Positions 22,059-36,500 of a stretch of DNA of 64,000 bases are shown here, piece by piece. This DNA comes from Glaucostegus cemiculus (Eukaryota). How positions within the stretch are numbered: the stretch's first letter is position 1; every line of letters begins with the position of its first letter. The notes beneath the pieces were generated by a model, which did no database searches, had not been told where the DNA came from, and saw only the letters and a program-made list of their open reading frames with translations. The position numbers were made by a program, and so were the translations under genes. The stretch is taken from positions 558,001 to 622,000 of the forward strand of contig CDPCPM010000285.1 in NCBI GenBank assembly GCA_976551045.1, written 5' to 3'.

Positions 22059-24146
22059 TATTATATGGAAGGGAGAGTCTAGGTAATATCAGTACCTATT
22101 CTGTAACATTCAGCCATTTTTGCAGTCAATATAAGGTTAAGGAACAATGAAAAGCACATTGAACCATGACACAATTTTTTTTAAAGTTTCACTAGGATTT
22201 TGAAAGCACAAGCCCATTTATTAAAATATCACTCCAAGAACGAGAGCCCACATGGCATTCTTTATTGCTCTCTTCATACAGGAGACAGCCATGACTCACT
22301 TATGGGTGGAGTTACAAGGCTGGGGTGGGGAGTGGAGAGGCACTTCATCCTTCTGACATCATCCATTGTCCATAGGGGGCAAAGAAGGAAGTGAATATTT
22401 TCTTCAACTTACTTCCACTGAAGTGCATTCTTAACCAGCATCATGAACAACGTTTTTCTTTTTGAAGGCCATAATCTACTTCTCTAACCCAAGGACAACA
22501 TAACATCCCCATCACTGCCCACAGGCAAGACCTGAAATATTAACTATGGGCAAACCTGATCAGAATGGGTTGGAGTAACAGTTTTACTCCAAGCAACAGA
22601 CTCAAGGTAGTTAGTTTGGCTTTATTACGAAGCCATCTCTTTCTAGAAAGAGTGATTTCCTGTCTGCACTGTGCTACTAAATCCCATCTTTGTGTTTTCC
22701 TTCTAGGTTTTGCTTCTAATGGGGGAAGATGATCAAAAAGGGCACCATTGAGGCGAGGCATAGCTTCAGGACCCATAACTTTAATGGGAGGGCTTTCAGT
22801 TGAAGCTTGCTTTGTGTGGCAGCTGAACACCCAAAGTGTTCCTTCTCCATTTCATTCCACAGGCAGAGATTTGCTTGCTAATAAAACCTTTGAAAATTTG
22901 AATGTGGTACTTATGCTCACAGCCAGTAAACACAAAAAATAAGGGACGAGAGGAAAATACAGGGTTATGAAGGCAAGAACAACAAAAGGAAGTGGGATCA
23001 TGAGACAAAGAATCACATCTGACATGCAAAGGATGCAGTGTTGCCGTTCTTTTATAAAAATGCATTTTTTTCTTTGGTCCTCTTTTTCTGTATTATTGTG
23101 GGAAAACAGGATTTCTGATTTATACTGAAAAGCATGTAAAAAAACACATCGTTAATCCATCTCCCGAGAGATTGAAACCTGCTACACCGTCAGTTTCATT
23201 AATTAAAATGTGAATGTTGCTACAGACAACTATCAGTTTTCATCTTTTCTAAGGTGGTTCTGATTGGTGACTGGGTGAAAGGAAATGCCAAGGTTAGCAG
23301 AGGCGGCTCCGGCGCCCACATGGTAACTCATGGAAATCAGCAGCTTGAAGGAAGCACATTGAGGACCTGGGCAACACATTGGGATTCAAAACACAGATGG
23401 GGGCACCCTCTACTCCCTGTTCAATAGCACAGCTCATCTTTATACCAGCTGTACAATTTGATACCAACAGCAATGGAGTTAATCTGGATTTGTCCGATGC
23501 TGGAATTTTGAAGATATAACAAATGAGAAGACTCACTTAGTGACAGAAACCTTGAACAAACAAACAGAATTCACCTTTTTTGACTAGTGCAGTATCGTCC
23601 AGTTTCATTACAGAAAGTAATCCCCGTTGAGTTCTGACTCATTTCATAATAATGCAACTTATTCATAGATATTACTCAATTAGCATTTTGCTTTGTGAAT
23701 TTTGAAAAAGGGGAACTTAGGAAATATACGAGAATACATTTTTTGCAAAAAATGCACAAGTACTTTTGAAAACAGATTTAAAGAGAATAATTTTTTTTGA
23801 AAAACTTAGAAAAACTGAATACATCTTAACAAAGCCACTGTTTCACTAGTGAAACTGAGTTCAGTATCTTGCGGTAGGACCACTTAGGTACCATTTTCAG
23901 TGATGTTGCACTTCAAGGCCAAGCTGACATTAAGGAAACAATTATACAAGATGATCTGTTCTCTGATATTGAGGTCCTACATGAAGATTAAACAGCTTAA
24001 AAAAACTGAACATGTTGGCTTGCATGGAAAATAGGTCCCAGTACACCCCACACAAAAAAATCTTACCATTTTCATTGGCAGTTTATTTTTTAAAAAATGG
24101 GCCAATAGTAGATTTCAAGATGACAATTTGCCTCATTAATAGTGCA

Positions 24147-24650
24147 GGCATTATAGGGAGGAATGTGGAGGTGTTGGAGAGGATGCAGAGGAAATTTACC
24201 AGGATGCTGCCTGGATTAGAGAGTATGGAATATGAGGAGAGGCTTAAGATGCTAGGGCTTTACCCATTGGAGAGGAGGAGGATGAGAGGAGACTTGATAG
24301 AGGTGTATAAAATGTTGAGAGGAATAGATAGAGTAGATAGCCAGTGCCACTTTCCCAGGGCAACAATGCTCAAAAAAGGGCCTGGCTTTAAGGTTACAGG
24401 TGGCAAGTTCAGGAGAGATGTCAGAGAGGTTTTTCACCCAGAGAGTGGTTGGTGCATGGAATGCGCTGCCTGGGGTGGTGGTGGAGGCAGATACGTTGGA
24501 CAGTTTCAAGAGATTGTTGGATAGACATATGGAGAAATGTGGGATAGAGGGATGTGTGGGAGGAAAGGGTTAGATAGTGAGGTGTGGTTTGATGGACGGC
24601 ACAACATGGTGGGCCGAAGGGCCTGTATTGTGCTGTATGGTTCTATGGTA
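24147..24650 (+). mobile_element. CR1-type LINE 3' end
   Basis: VEVLERMQRKFTRMLPGLESMEYEERLKMLGLYPLERRRMRGDLIEVYKMLRGIDRVD (CR1 ORF2 C-terminus), then tail GGGCCGAAGGGCCTGTATTGTGCTGTATGGTTCTATGG. Confidence 0.88.
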
Positions 24651-25644
24651 TTTAAAACATGATATACTCAAGACAGAAATGAGGGATCAGCTTCATATGC
24701 TGTTACATAGCCTGGAGATGCTAAAGAAAGAAAGTGTCAAACAGAGCAATGACCATATCTTCAACATTCATAACAACAATGCATGAAGTGCCTCAATGTG
24801 TTTAAAAGTGCAGTCTTTCTTAATTTGGTAACAAAAAAAACCACATTGGATTTAATCATGGAATGTTTGTCTGCAAACTTGCCTCTTAAGGGAAAATGTG
24901 TAAAAGTATGCATTACAGCATCTTGGTGCAACTTAAAGCTTTTCCTTCACATTTTATCACCATGACAGAGTTGTTTGAAGTCCAAATGCTTTTTTTTGGG
25001 GGCTGTGGGTGCAAAGTAAGCAGAAGGCACTAAGTTTTATACTAGTCACATGACTTTTACCAGTAAAAACATCATGTGCCGATTTTATTGCTGCAGCAAG
25101 ATTTTATTTTAATCCTTTTCTAATGATGGTGTTTCAATTTCTGCTGAATTAACAAGGTGCAACTGGCAGCCACTGGAAGTTGCCCATACACCAAAAAAAA
25201 GTTTCTAAAGATGCAATGTGAGACCATCTGTAAGGGATTTATTCAAATATGTAACCCAAAAGTCATCTCAAATCTAGACTTTAAAATAGTAACCAAAGTG
25301 GCACTTATATTTATTGCTGCCAACAATTTTTTTTTGGATGCAATGGATAACCCTTGTCAAGGCTTTGCATGCCTTCAAAATGTTGTCTTACAGTTTGCAG
25401 TTATCCTTCTGAAATAAAAGAACAATGAAGTATTCAGAACTCTATTCGAGATGGTTTTGTGTTACAAAACAGGCAAGAAGTTGACTCAATTTAGGGAAGG
25501 TAGCACATTACAAGCTGTCTTTTTTGAGTTGTGTTATGTTGATGGTAAATGCATCAAGCAGCTTACAACAGAAAATCAAAGTTTATGACAGAACTGTAAA
25601 AAAAAGTTACCATGAGATGTGATTTTGTACTTACCACAAATGGG

Positions 25645-26060
25645 TTACAGGAAGGCTCCAAATCACATTCATGATCAATAGAAGGATGGTGGCAATGCCT
25701 CACTTCAGACTGCTCCTCCACTCACTACAATTACGGCTGATCTCCAGGTCACAAAATTAAATTCCCTTACTCCCTCTTTACCCCTTAATGCCTCATGTCT
25801 AAAAATCTATCTACCACCTTCTTAAACATGCTCAGTGAGTTGGTCTCCTTAGCCTTCATTCCACAGGTTCACCACCCTCTGAGTGAAGAGCCTTTCATCT
25901 CAGACCCATGTCTCACCCTGTGACCACTGGCTCTAGATTCTTTCCCCCACCCCCGTCCTCCCAGCCAGGAGAAACACCTCCCCATATCCAGTCTGTTAAG
26001 TCTCAGTATTTTGTGTGCTTCAATCTCCTTCTGTTTCTCTAAACTAATAAACACAGTCCT
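25645..26060 (-). mobile_element. Older CR1-type LINE 3' fragment
   Basis: TTCCACAGGTTCACCACCCTCTGAGTGAAGA...CTGTGACCACTGGCTCTAGATTC, a CR1 ORF2-end pattern on the - strand. Confidence 0.55.
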
Positions 26061-27035
26061 AGTTTGAGAGGAATTTGCACTGCACATAATAGTTTTTGCT
26101 ATACATTCTTTGTCCAGTTAGGACACAAACTCAGACTTTATTAATAGTCTAATGATTACCAAAGACAACATTCCATAAGATGGGGAAATGGAAATGATGC
26201 CCCTTTAGGGATTCACATGGGCTACAAAATTACAAATCTCACCTTGGAATAGCGTCATTCCTTTGACTAGCCAGTTTGGGTTACTGATGGAATTCAGAGA
26301 GATGCTTGCACCACAGGTAACTAGGACTCTTCTATTTGGTTTCATAGTCTTTAGTAACAGATTTCCCATCATAATGTTCACAGGTAATGAGGTTTGGAGT
26401 TCAGGGATTGCTCCATTTTAAATATTTAATTTGGCCCATTCCTTTCCGATTACATTTAACCTATCCTTGGGGGGGGGGGGAAATCGCCAAAATACGTACA
26501 TCCTAAGGCTGATTAGAAGTTACAGTTGCCAAAGCAAGCTTCTCTATTTTGGTAGATGATTGAAATTCCCTGCTTCATGACCCCAGGGACATATTACACT
26601 GAAGATTAGAAGCTAGTAGAAAATAACAAGCCTATTTTGAAAGGAAAAGCCACATCTGTTAAATCACAACATTCTTCCCATTATCAGTAATAAAAATAAA
26701 AATTACAGGACATATTTGGGTCAGGTAGCATCTGTGGAGATAGGAACAGAGTTATCATTTTGGATCAATGACCTTTCATCTGAATTGGAACCGTGATAGA
26801 ACCGTTAAAATTGCAGAAAGAGTTGGCAATTAGAAGTCTTCGAGAACAGCAGCACTGGAATAGCAATGGGAGAGATGTTGAGGTCTAGTAGAACTTTTAA
26901 CCCAATAAATATGATCTGCTGTTTGATTGCAAGTTCAGCCTTAAAATTAACTTAAGCACAGTGATCTCTACGGGTACATGTTATAATATTTGAAAAACCT
27001 GTGGCGTTTGTTTTAGGCAAGGGGAGTACATAGTG

Positions 27036-27173
27036 AAGACACAAGAGACTGCAGATGCTAGAAATCTTGAGCAACATACAAAGGAGCTGGAGGAACTCAG
27101 CAGGTCTGGCAGCAGCTTTGGAGGGAAATGAACAGTTGATGTTGTTTCAGGTCGAGACCCTTCATCAGGACTG
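27036..27173 (-). mobile_element. Penelope-like pLTR terminal fragment with degenerate hammerhead (27133-27173)
   Basis: GACACAAGAGACTGCAGATGCT...GGAGGAACTCAGCAGGTC...; minus strand CAGTC-CTGATGA-AGG GTCTCGA CCT-GAAAC-AACATC-AACTG (stem III disrupted). Confidence 0.75.
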
Positions 27174-28732
27174 TGGAAATTGTGGAGATTTACTTAAGGA
27201 AAAAGTCTAAAACACCATGCTATGCAGCCTCCACTATTGCACATGTTAATCATAAATCAGAATACCACAATGCTTGTTACATAGATATGATCTTTTTGTT
27301 GGAACTATGCATTCACCATCAACAGGAGACCAAGTACATGTTGTATTTCATTTATTTAGTGCTAGCCAACTAATTCAGGTGTCACGTACATTTCCACAAA
27401 TTCCTGCAAGACTTGCATTCTGCCGACTCAAATGGAGACTTCATCTATCACAAAGCCACAAACTTCCTTAGAACTGGCAAGTAAGATATTAAAGCAATGT
27501 CAGAAAAGAGCACAAGTAAACTTTCCAACCTCATGATCACTTGGGGGCAAGTAAAATGAATGCCCATACAAAACTTAACAAGTTTTTATGAACACAATCC
27601 ACTAGCACGCAGTTTCAATGACTTCAAAACAGTTGACAGTCACCACTATTACTGAAATCAGATTCTACTTTGTGCAGTTAAATGTAAACATTTGAAATGA
27701 AGGAGGCTGTTGTCAGTGATACCCTGCTGCAATTTCTGCAGATGCAATCAAAACTTAGTTATGGCACAACCTTTAACTATTTTGTATAATTTTCACTGAA
27801 AACCAATGGAAGTTGATCCATGTGCAAAAAAAAATGGTAACAGCATTTAACTGGCATACAAATCAATTACCTCCAAACTCTCCTCCCTGAAACACATTTT
27901 TACAAATCTCAAGTCTAAAATTGTAAAACCTATTATTTAACATAAATTGTAGAATAAGTTTTTCACAATTTGTCCAATTGCCATTCTGCTTCTTCAGTTT
28001 AAAAACTACGAGCAAGTGCCAAATATAGATGAAAAAAATTATAGAACTTACAAGTTAATTTACAAAAATATACTTGCACTAACCAGCAAGACCTGTTCAA
28101 CTGTTGATGGAACTGTACGAGTTTTGCAAAGCACCACAACCTGGAACTTAAGTTCATCTATGCTCCTGGTCTCTGGTACAGCCCTGAGAACTACTCATTC
28201 CAATCAATTTGACCTCAGTCTCCCTATTCGTTCCAATTCTTTCCTAATTTTGCCCACCTTGCTCTATTCTTGGCACAATCCTGATCATTTTCTACTTAGC
28301 ATCATTGTTCTTGGATCTGATGACTGTGAGAGATCTAATTTTTTTCCAGGTGACTGCTGTCACTCTGCTACATACATGAATACATTTAAGGAGCCCAAAT
28401 ACTTGAACCATATAATTGCAACACTGAGGGACAGGTTTCACAAATATTAAAACAATTTGCAGGGCTCTTCAAGGCTGCATTAGACAACTTCTAGACACTT
28501 CATGCAACTTCTAAAAAAAATGTTGGGTTTAAACAGCAAAAAGAACTGGAACAATGGAAACAATGGCCATCATAGGATTACATTATTTAATACAAAACAC
28601 AACCAGCAATTAATGCTGCACCTAAAAAGAAACATATTTTGACAGCACTTGTGCTGCTGGATTAGAAAGGCAGTATTCACAGCATCACTTTAGTTTAGCC
28701 ACAATAGATTAAGCAGAAAGAGAATTCCATAC

Positions 28733-28832
28733 CCAAATAGTCATCCATGGAAAATTTATCATTGTCCCATATTTGAATGAATAGTTTTGGAGGTGTCCTG
28801 AACTCTGTTTTGTCAAGACTCCAAAAGTTTTC
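28733..28832 (-). CDS. MYOF: MYOF exon (last C2 domain, WDND loop)
   Basis: [33 protein letters not shown](G); TTCTAG| acceptor, G|GTATGG donor; 100 nt. Confidence 0.96.
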
Positions 28833-29770
28833 CTAGAACAGAAAAAACAAGCCAATATGGATGACCCATTTCACATTAATCTTCTCTTTCACCTTTTACA
28901 TGAAGCCATCTGTGATAGCTTATGCTTTCTGAAAAGGGCAAAGAGAATCACATTTAGCAGCAAATGTTAGACATTGCTAATATCTTGCCAATTTATCAAA
29001 AATACTTTATTGAAGCATGCAACTTAATTCTGCACTAGTACTTTCCTACATTTATAAATGCTGCAGTAAAATGATTTGAGATTTTTTTCCCCTTTTGCAA
29101 AGATGGCATGCACACCCTAAATCTAAACACCTGGTTTAAGCAGATACAACCAGCTGTACAGTGTCAAATTAGAGGGAGCTGGAAAGATAGCTGACACGGA
29201 TACAAAAGTACCAGGCTGCAAGGTTACTCTAATGATGCATTTTTTGATCCAAAGAAAAAGAGGGGTCAGTCAGATCCGACCCTTGCTAGCCTCAACCATT
29301 TCTTCATGCAGCAGTATTCCCACAGAATACTGCATAAATAACTGCTCACAGCAAGGGTTACATTCACATGGCTGTTAGCATGAATAGAAAGAATGTACAC
29401 TTACAAACAAGAGGAAATGGTGCAGGGCAGAGGACAATAGACCTCCCTATGGGAGCTTCTGTTCCACAAGAAGGGCTGGTTACAAACCAACGTAACTGCC
29501 CTGTGGGGATAGCAGCACTCAGCAATTACTGTACTTGAACCTGAACATTCCAGAGAATATTAAGTCTATGGGTTTGGCTTTTCCTCTATTGAGCAGTATT
29601 GACAAAAACAAAACTGCTGTCTCAAGTCAGACTTGGATGCTCAGCCCCCCGAGATTTTCTGCTGTATATGACAAAATTCTCAACTGTTTAACAAGATAAT
29701 CTCAGAGTGCATCAAAAATATTTTCAGCATCTCTTTGGCCTTTGTGCCATCACCGATTGCATAGAATTCA

Positions 29771-29932
<162 letters not shown>

Positions 29933-31765
29933 TCAAAAGAAACATGAGAAAATACAATCAAATGTATAACTAAATATTATGAGTCAAACAAAAGGCATCA
30001 CCCATTAACGATAAATACTTAGTGGTAATGACTTTGGCAAAGGACACTTGGAGACACTCAGCTGGCAAAGTACGCACACTTCCCATGTATATAGTAAATT
30101 CAGAGGAAGCCAAGAAACTAGGATGTAATGAAGCAAAAGGACAGAGGATTAAAAAGGTACAAGAGATGAGGTCAGGCTGGAGCAGGACATCTCGTTGTGT
30201 TGAATGTTCCACCATTCCCCACCTAAATCCCAGTTTAAAATGTCCAGAGCTACAAAATGAAGGAATCAGAGTGATTATGGTAAACAATGGGACACCTTGA
30301 ACTCCAGAACAATAGGAATCACAGTATCTCCTCCAAAGTTTGATTTTGCATTAATCATCATTATAATAAAATGTATTTGTGCCAGTGATTATAGGACTTG
30401 ACTTTCTGCTGTGCATTTAATGGGCAGCCAATGTGCAAATTAAAAATAATAGGCCAGATCACAGCTTGTGCGCACTGGCTCTGCAACAGCCTGCAGCCCA
30501 TCCACTTTCTAGTGTTCTTCACGTCTTCAACTTCTGCATCTGTGTATCACACATGTCAGAGGTCAAATGCTGACATCTGCCTTTTCACTCTGCTGCTAAA
30601 CTCGTCACCAACTGGCAGTGGCTCTGGCACACAAATGGCGACTCCATTTATTTGAACAAAGGTCACCACATTCATTAAAAAAATTAAGCTTTTCATTTAC
30701 TTCTTTAAAAAATTCATTGCATACAAAATTTATTACTATTTATTAAAACATTCAAGCCATTTGTTTTTAAATATCTCTGAAGACTAGGCTTTTGCCAATA
30801 CTAAGCCATCTAGGTCATGCTGTGGGCAAGGCCTCTGGTTCAGTCACCCACAGCCTAGTCATGGAGTGCTCTAACTTGGGCTATGGAACAGCAGGCGAGT
30901 TCAGCTAAAGAATTAGCAGCGTGCTGGGTGCAGGCAGGAGTGGGATGGAGGATAATCTGGCTCTATAGGAATGTTAAAGCCAATATGCTGGCCCAGTTAA
31001 CTAAATAGCAGAGTGACATAAGTCAACCCCCATCTCAATCTCCTAAAAGTACTGGCAAATTTTCACATCAAGAACAGCAGGCGTTGCGAATATGCCACTC
31101 TCTTAAAGGCCAAGGGCTGGTAAAATTCCTGCTGACCCTATATACTTTGTACACAATTATCAGTTTCATTCCTCGAGATTTACTAAGTGAACAGAGGAAA
31201 CTGTATTTCTACAATGCACGGTTGCCCAAAAAACACTGAGGGTAGTGAACGTATCGAGAATCCATGGGAAACAAGATACACAGAGGCACATACCGACAGA
31301 CAGTGGCATACACAGGCAGGCAAGATTGAAGCATGCATTAGAGTTGACAACAAAACCAGTGTGGCCCCAGTTTCCAAGTCCACACTCACCCAACAGACAG
31401 GAGACATGGAAGACCTCAATGACAAACCGCATCAGCAAAGTATAGGAAGATCTCAACTTTATGTCCAAAACTCCTCAAAATAGACCTACTGCTACACAAA
31501 AAACTCATTTTAAAATGTTAAGCAAATCTTGTAAACCAAGCCAATGCTGACCAAAATGATAGCTTATCAGATAAGTGAAGTCCTACAAGAAATTATTTGA
31601 TTCTTAAATCCAGTTCCTGACAGCTTTGTATTTACACTAGTAAAGAGCTTATAATTCCAAACAATGCAATGCAAAATCAGTCACGTCACAAGCACAGGCC
31701 ACAGGTGTCTGGAAAATGGTATAAAGTGACAATGGTGTAAGATAGAGTGAGGCACGGGTGGTTTA

Positions 31766-31895
31766 ACCATAGAATAATACAGCACAAAACAGGCCCTTCG
31801 GCCCACAGAATTGTGCCGTCCTTCAAACGTCACACAATCTAACTCTTTTCTCCCACATATCCCTCTATCCCACATTCCTTTTTCTTTATTCATGC
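31766..31895 (-). mobile_element. CR1-type 3' tail fragment
   Basis: ACCATAGAATAATACAGCACAAAACAGGCCCTTCGGCCCAC..., reverse complement of the tail at 24530-24650. Confidence 0.7.
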
Positions 31896-32361
31896 TCCAA
31901 AATCTAAGTGGGAATGCTCATTCTCAACACTGATCCTTTAACACTAGCATCACCCAGTTTTATAATTACATGAACCATTTCCCCCTAATGGTCAACTGCA
32001 CAATGCAACATGCTATAATGGAGGTGCTCTCTACTGGTTCTTAACTTGCACCCAATTCAAAACCAGGCAGGAACCAACTAGACTTCCCTTGAGGGAAGCT
32101 ACTAACTTCTACATCCATTGGAAACCAGCCACAACTGAGAATTTGCGTAGCTAACTAAAGTGGTAACATTGACAATTGCAATATATCTTACAGGTCACCA
32201 CACAGGACAAATATCCTTTCCTCACACCAGTATATTGATCACATAAGTAGAAAGAAAATGCTTACATAAAGAAAGCTGTGAATTCAGAGTCTATAACAAA
32301 CCACAACAAAATACTTTGTCACTCCAGCCTCAGTGATTCCCAAGCTCTGGTACTTTTAAGA

Positions 32362-32595
32362 TATCAGAATCAGATTTATTATCACTAACAGATGATGTGA
32401 AATTTGTTATTTTGCAGCAGCAGTACAGTTCAAGATAAAGTTACCATAAATTACAAAAATAGTGCAAAAAAAACTAGTGTTCATGGACTGTTCAGAAATC
32501 TGAGGGCGGAGCAGAAGAAGCAGTTTCTAAATCATTGAGTGTGGGTCTTCAGGCTCCGGTACCCCCTCCCTGATAGTAGTAACAAGAAGAGGGTG
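32362..32595 (-). mobile_element. Rex1/Babar-like LINE 3' end (family assignment tentative)
   Basis: ATCAGAATCAGATTTATTATCACT...GTGAAATTTGTT...GCAGCAGCAGTACAG...TCTTCAGGCTCCGGTACCCCCTCCCTGATAG; short (ATTCTG)n-type tail on the - strand. Confidence 0.5.
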
Positions 32596-33305
32596 TGTCT
32601 CAATTAAACCAGGAAATGAAAGGAAACATGTAGTTAAGCAGTTAACAAACACATGCAGAAAAAAAGTCTCTCTCATAATAATCTTTATAGCTTTGGTATT
32701 CCTTCCAAATATCAAACAGCTGCAACATTTTCTTTTAATCCATTATAAAAATATTAATCCAGAAATAAAACCTGCAGCTCACACCATGTTTCTCAGTCTC
32801 TTTCGGAGATGGTCTTTCATTCTTAACCTAGAAGACATATCTTCCAAAGCTTTCAGTGCCTCTCTAATCCTTCTATCTTCCATCTCTCTCACAGGCTGCA
32901 TACAAGCCTACAACCTTCCCCTCGCTGCTCAGGGTGACCTGGAAGTCCTCAGGTCAGTTTGTTGCTGGCAAAGTCACAATAATTCTGGACAGGGTTACAA
33001 GTCTGGACAAGTCAAGATGTTTTACGACTTGAAAGATAAATCTGTCCAATAATTTGAAGAGTAGTTTTAACGGTGATACAAACTAGAGATTCGGGAAGCA
33101 ACAGCAACAACAGGAAAATATACGGTACACCAGGCAGTATCTGTGGAGGAAAACTTAACATTTCCGTCAATAGCCTTTCAATAGAGCTGGGAAAAGTTAT
33201 AGATAAAGAAGGGTATTAAATAAACATATTGCAATTTTAGCAAAGACAAGGCTCTTTTAAGTAGGCTGCACCAATCAGATCTTCAACTTGTTTGTTTAGT
33301 ACTTC

Positions 33306-33550
33306 AAGTCACAGAGCATGGAAACAGGCCCTTCGGCCCAACCAGTCCAGGCTGACCAAGATTCCCATCCAAGCCAGTCCCATTTGCCCACATTCCTCTA
33401 AACCTTTCCTATCCATGTACCTGTCCAAGTGCCTTTTAAATGTACCTGTATCAACCACTTCTCCTGGCAGCTTGTTCCATATACTACTGACCACCGTCTG
33501 GGTGAAAACATTGCCCCTCAGATTCCCATTAAATCTCTCCCCTTAAACCT
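33306..33550 (-). mobile_element. CR1-type LINE 3' end
   Basis: Minus-strand VSSIWNKLPGEVVDTGTFKRHLDRYMDRKGLE plus GGGCCGAAGGGCCTGTTTCCATGCTCTGTGACT tail. Confidence 0.8.
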
Positions 33551-36500
33551 ATCAACAAAGGTGCAACCCCCAAAAGGGAAAACTTGAAGGTTTTTGTAGT
33601 AGCATTAGGAAAGCCATTCAATCGAATCATGGCCGACATGTCCATGCTCTGGTTCCAAACATGTCCAGCAAAAAAAAATATCATTGCCCATTTTGATTTT
33701 TTCGCTGAGCTAGCAAAGCAGCTGAGGACGTATCTCCCAGATTTCAAGTATCTTTTGCATCAAGAAATGTTTCCTGACATCACCCTGATCAGCCCACCTC
33801 CAGTTTTAAGGTTATGCCCTCTTGTCCTGGACTCTCCAAACAGAGGAAATAGTTGCTCCATCAAATCCTTTAATCATCTTAAAATACCGCAATTAGATCA
33901 CTCCTTAAATCATCTTTACTCAAGGGAATACAAGCCTAGTCTATGTAATTGGTTCTCAATTTAATCCTTTTAGTCCGGGTAATGATTATCAGTTGCTGAA
34001 AAAAAACAAAATGGGGGTGGACAGCAATACTAAGAAATGAAGCCCATTCTTCCAATTTGATGTTTTATTGAATTAAATATGCAGCAACAGAAAGATGTCA
34101 GGTTCTAGCAATACCCCACCTTCACTGCATTTTATTTAAGGGGAGAACAAAAACACAAGAGAAATCTCATTTCACAACATACGCTTCTCCGATTCAAAAG
34201 AATTCCATTCACCTGAATGAACAGCATATTTTGCATAATATTTTAATCAAATCTTTCCAAGTTTGAATGGTTAAGCTGCTTAACTAAATTCCACACACTT
34301 GTGATCCATGGACATGAACAGACGTTGACATATCGTACTAAGCATATCCATGCGTAGTTACAGAATACTGTCCTTTACATCTCCGTGCCCCACCAAAATA
34401 AAGCTCATTACATCCAGTACCAGATGGACTACATCATGAATCTGGTGCTGTCAAATGCCTCAAAGATTGTACATCATCTTGCTACATTACAAGTCAGAAT
34501 CTCCTTTTCAAAAATTGCACAGACAACAATGGAACTCTCATTTGTTCAAAATAAATATTTAAATGTAATTCTGGATATAATTAACATATATGCATCTTTT
34601 AATATATAATTAGATTTCCATAGATATATAAATGCAGACAGAAACTGTTATTCCATTATTAGCAAGTTTGGCTTGAATTTCAGTTTTTTACTTTTGGTTC
34701 AGAGCTCCCGCCCCAGCCCTCGATCATTGGTTGGTGAATAATTGGGTATTTTTAGTTATTAAAATAATAATGAAATGCAACTGAATGGTAATGACAATAA
34801 ATAATACCCACACATTATTCAAAGTTGACTACTTCTGCCTACAATTTTTATTTTTTATTATTAGGAGTTTGCACTGACCAATCAACTCGCACCCTACCCA
34901 CTTATTCCCCCACAGTTACCTATCAATGTAACAGAATATGTCAGTAACAAATGATTGGTCCATTGTCTGTACACAAATTCTGTACTTTGAAATTCACATT
35001 ATTAAAATACAAAATATATTGCCAAAGGTTTTAATGCTGAAGTAAAAAAATAAAATCGGCCTTTTGCTCCCCACCCCAGTTACCACCTGTAAAAGTCAGG
35101 CCCAATAAGCAGTGCCACCATCTGGTCCCAATCAATAAAATCAGCAAATCTATTTTTAAACATTTTATGATAAATTGTATGTAGCTGAAGATTATAATAA
35201 AATAAAATTTAATTATGAAATTTAACAAATTAATGCATTTTCATAGTGACAGATTTAGCATACAAGAATTATAAAAATAAAAGATAGGATTGTACTTATC
35301 ATACAATTGCTTCTCAATAAATAAGTCAAAGTTTTCAGAAGGAGCCATGGTATTGACACAATATACAAGTGTCCCTGTGGTATAATAAATAGCTATGTGT
35401 TACGGCCATCATCCATAACAAGATACCAGAGGTACCATTAGCACTCTTAAGTGTTATATAAATCAAATAGGGCATAAAAAACTGTCTAGGGCATTCTCCA
35501 TGGCATGCAAACTGCATGAAGAGCCCATCTGCTCGGCTGACACTACACAAGTTGAAGGCTTTGGCTACCATGCAAGAAGATTAAACCTACATCCATCAAG
35601 CTGAAAGATAATTATTGTCTTTGTCAGACACCATCTGTTTCTGTAGCATTCTTGAATTCAAAAGGACAAGCTGAAACTTTCCTCTGAAGTTCATGTTTGA
35701 CAGTAGCTCCAGGCATTTCTTTCATACCTATACTGCAGCCTCTGACTGCACTCTAGCATCTTGCAGGCTTCATATCTGCTCACCCACATACCTCAAGAAA
35801 CACAATCAAACGTGATGGTCTTTCCTTAAAATTCTTAGGTCAGGTGCTAGTTCTTCTCTTAGAAAGTCATTTTGACTGTATAATTCCTTCCTGTGTACAA
35901 AAGGTCTACCAGATAAAAAGATAGATTTCCTTCATAGTTATGTTTTTCTAAATATAAATACAACATTCAAATTTAGGTAGTTCTTCTAGGTCCTGTTCAC
36001 CTATCACACCATGTGCTCATAGATCCACATTGGATCAGGAACATCTTGATTTCACATCTTCCACATTGTCTTCCAATTTGGTGCTTTCCAAAGTTCTGGA
36101 AATCACATCAAACATTTTGCCTCCATTCAAGGTAACCACTCCTGGTCTTAAATACCAGTTGGTTCATTAGAGTCCGATGGCATAGCCTTGATAGCACCAG
36201 GGCTTCAGGCACTGCGGTCAGGAGGCTCTGCCCTCTTCCCCACCCCCACCAAAGATGCCCCAAGACTGATGAAACCGGAGGCAGGGTTTTGTCTCTTGTA
36301 GAAGCATTGATTCTGGCTTTGAAAACCCCGATGGTCAGAGACATTAAAATAGAAGTGAATCAAGAAATTTAAAAACTTGCAAATAATTAAAAACCTTAAC
36401 CCAAAGCAAAATTATTTAGAAGAATTTGCAACCCCCTTTGCTTCCCCAACACTGCCCTTTGAAATCAGTGGGATCTTGGATCCTGCATCAGATCTGCCAT

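Noticed and set aside
28016-28450. 144-aa + strand ORF inside a MYOF intron
   Set aside because: Non-ATG start, no recognisable domain, no supporting splice structure.
31166-31483. Stack of overlapping 66-100 aa ORFs on both strands
   Set aside because: No homology recognised; consistent with chance in CA-rich sequence.
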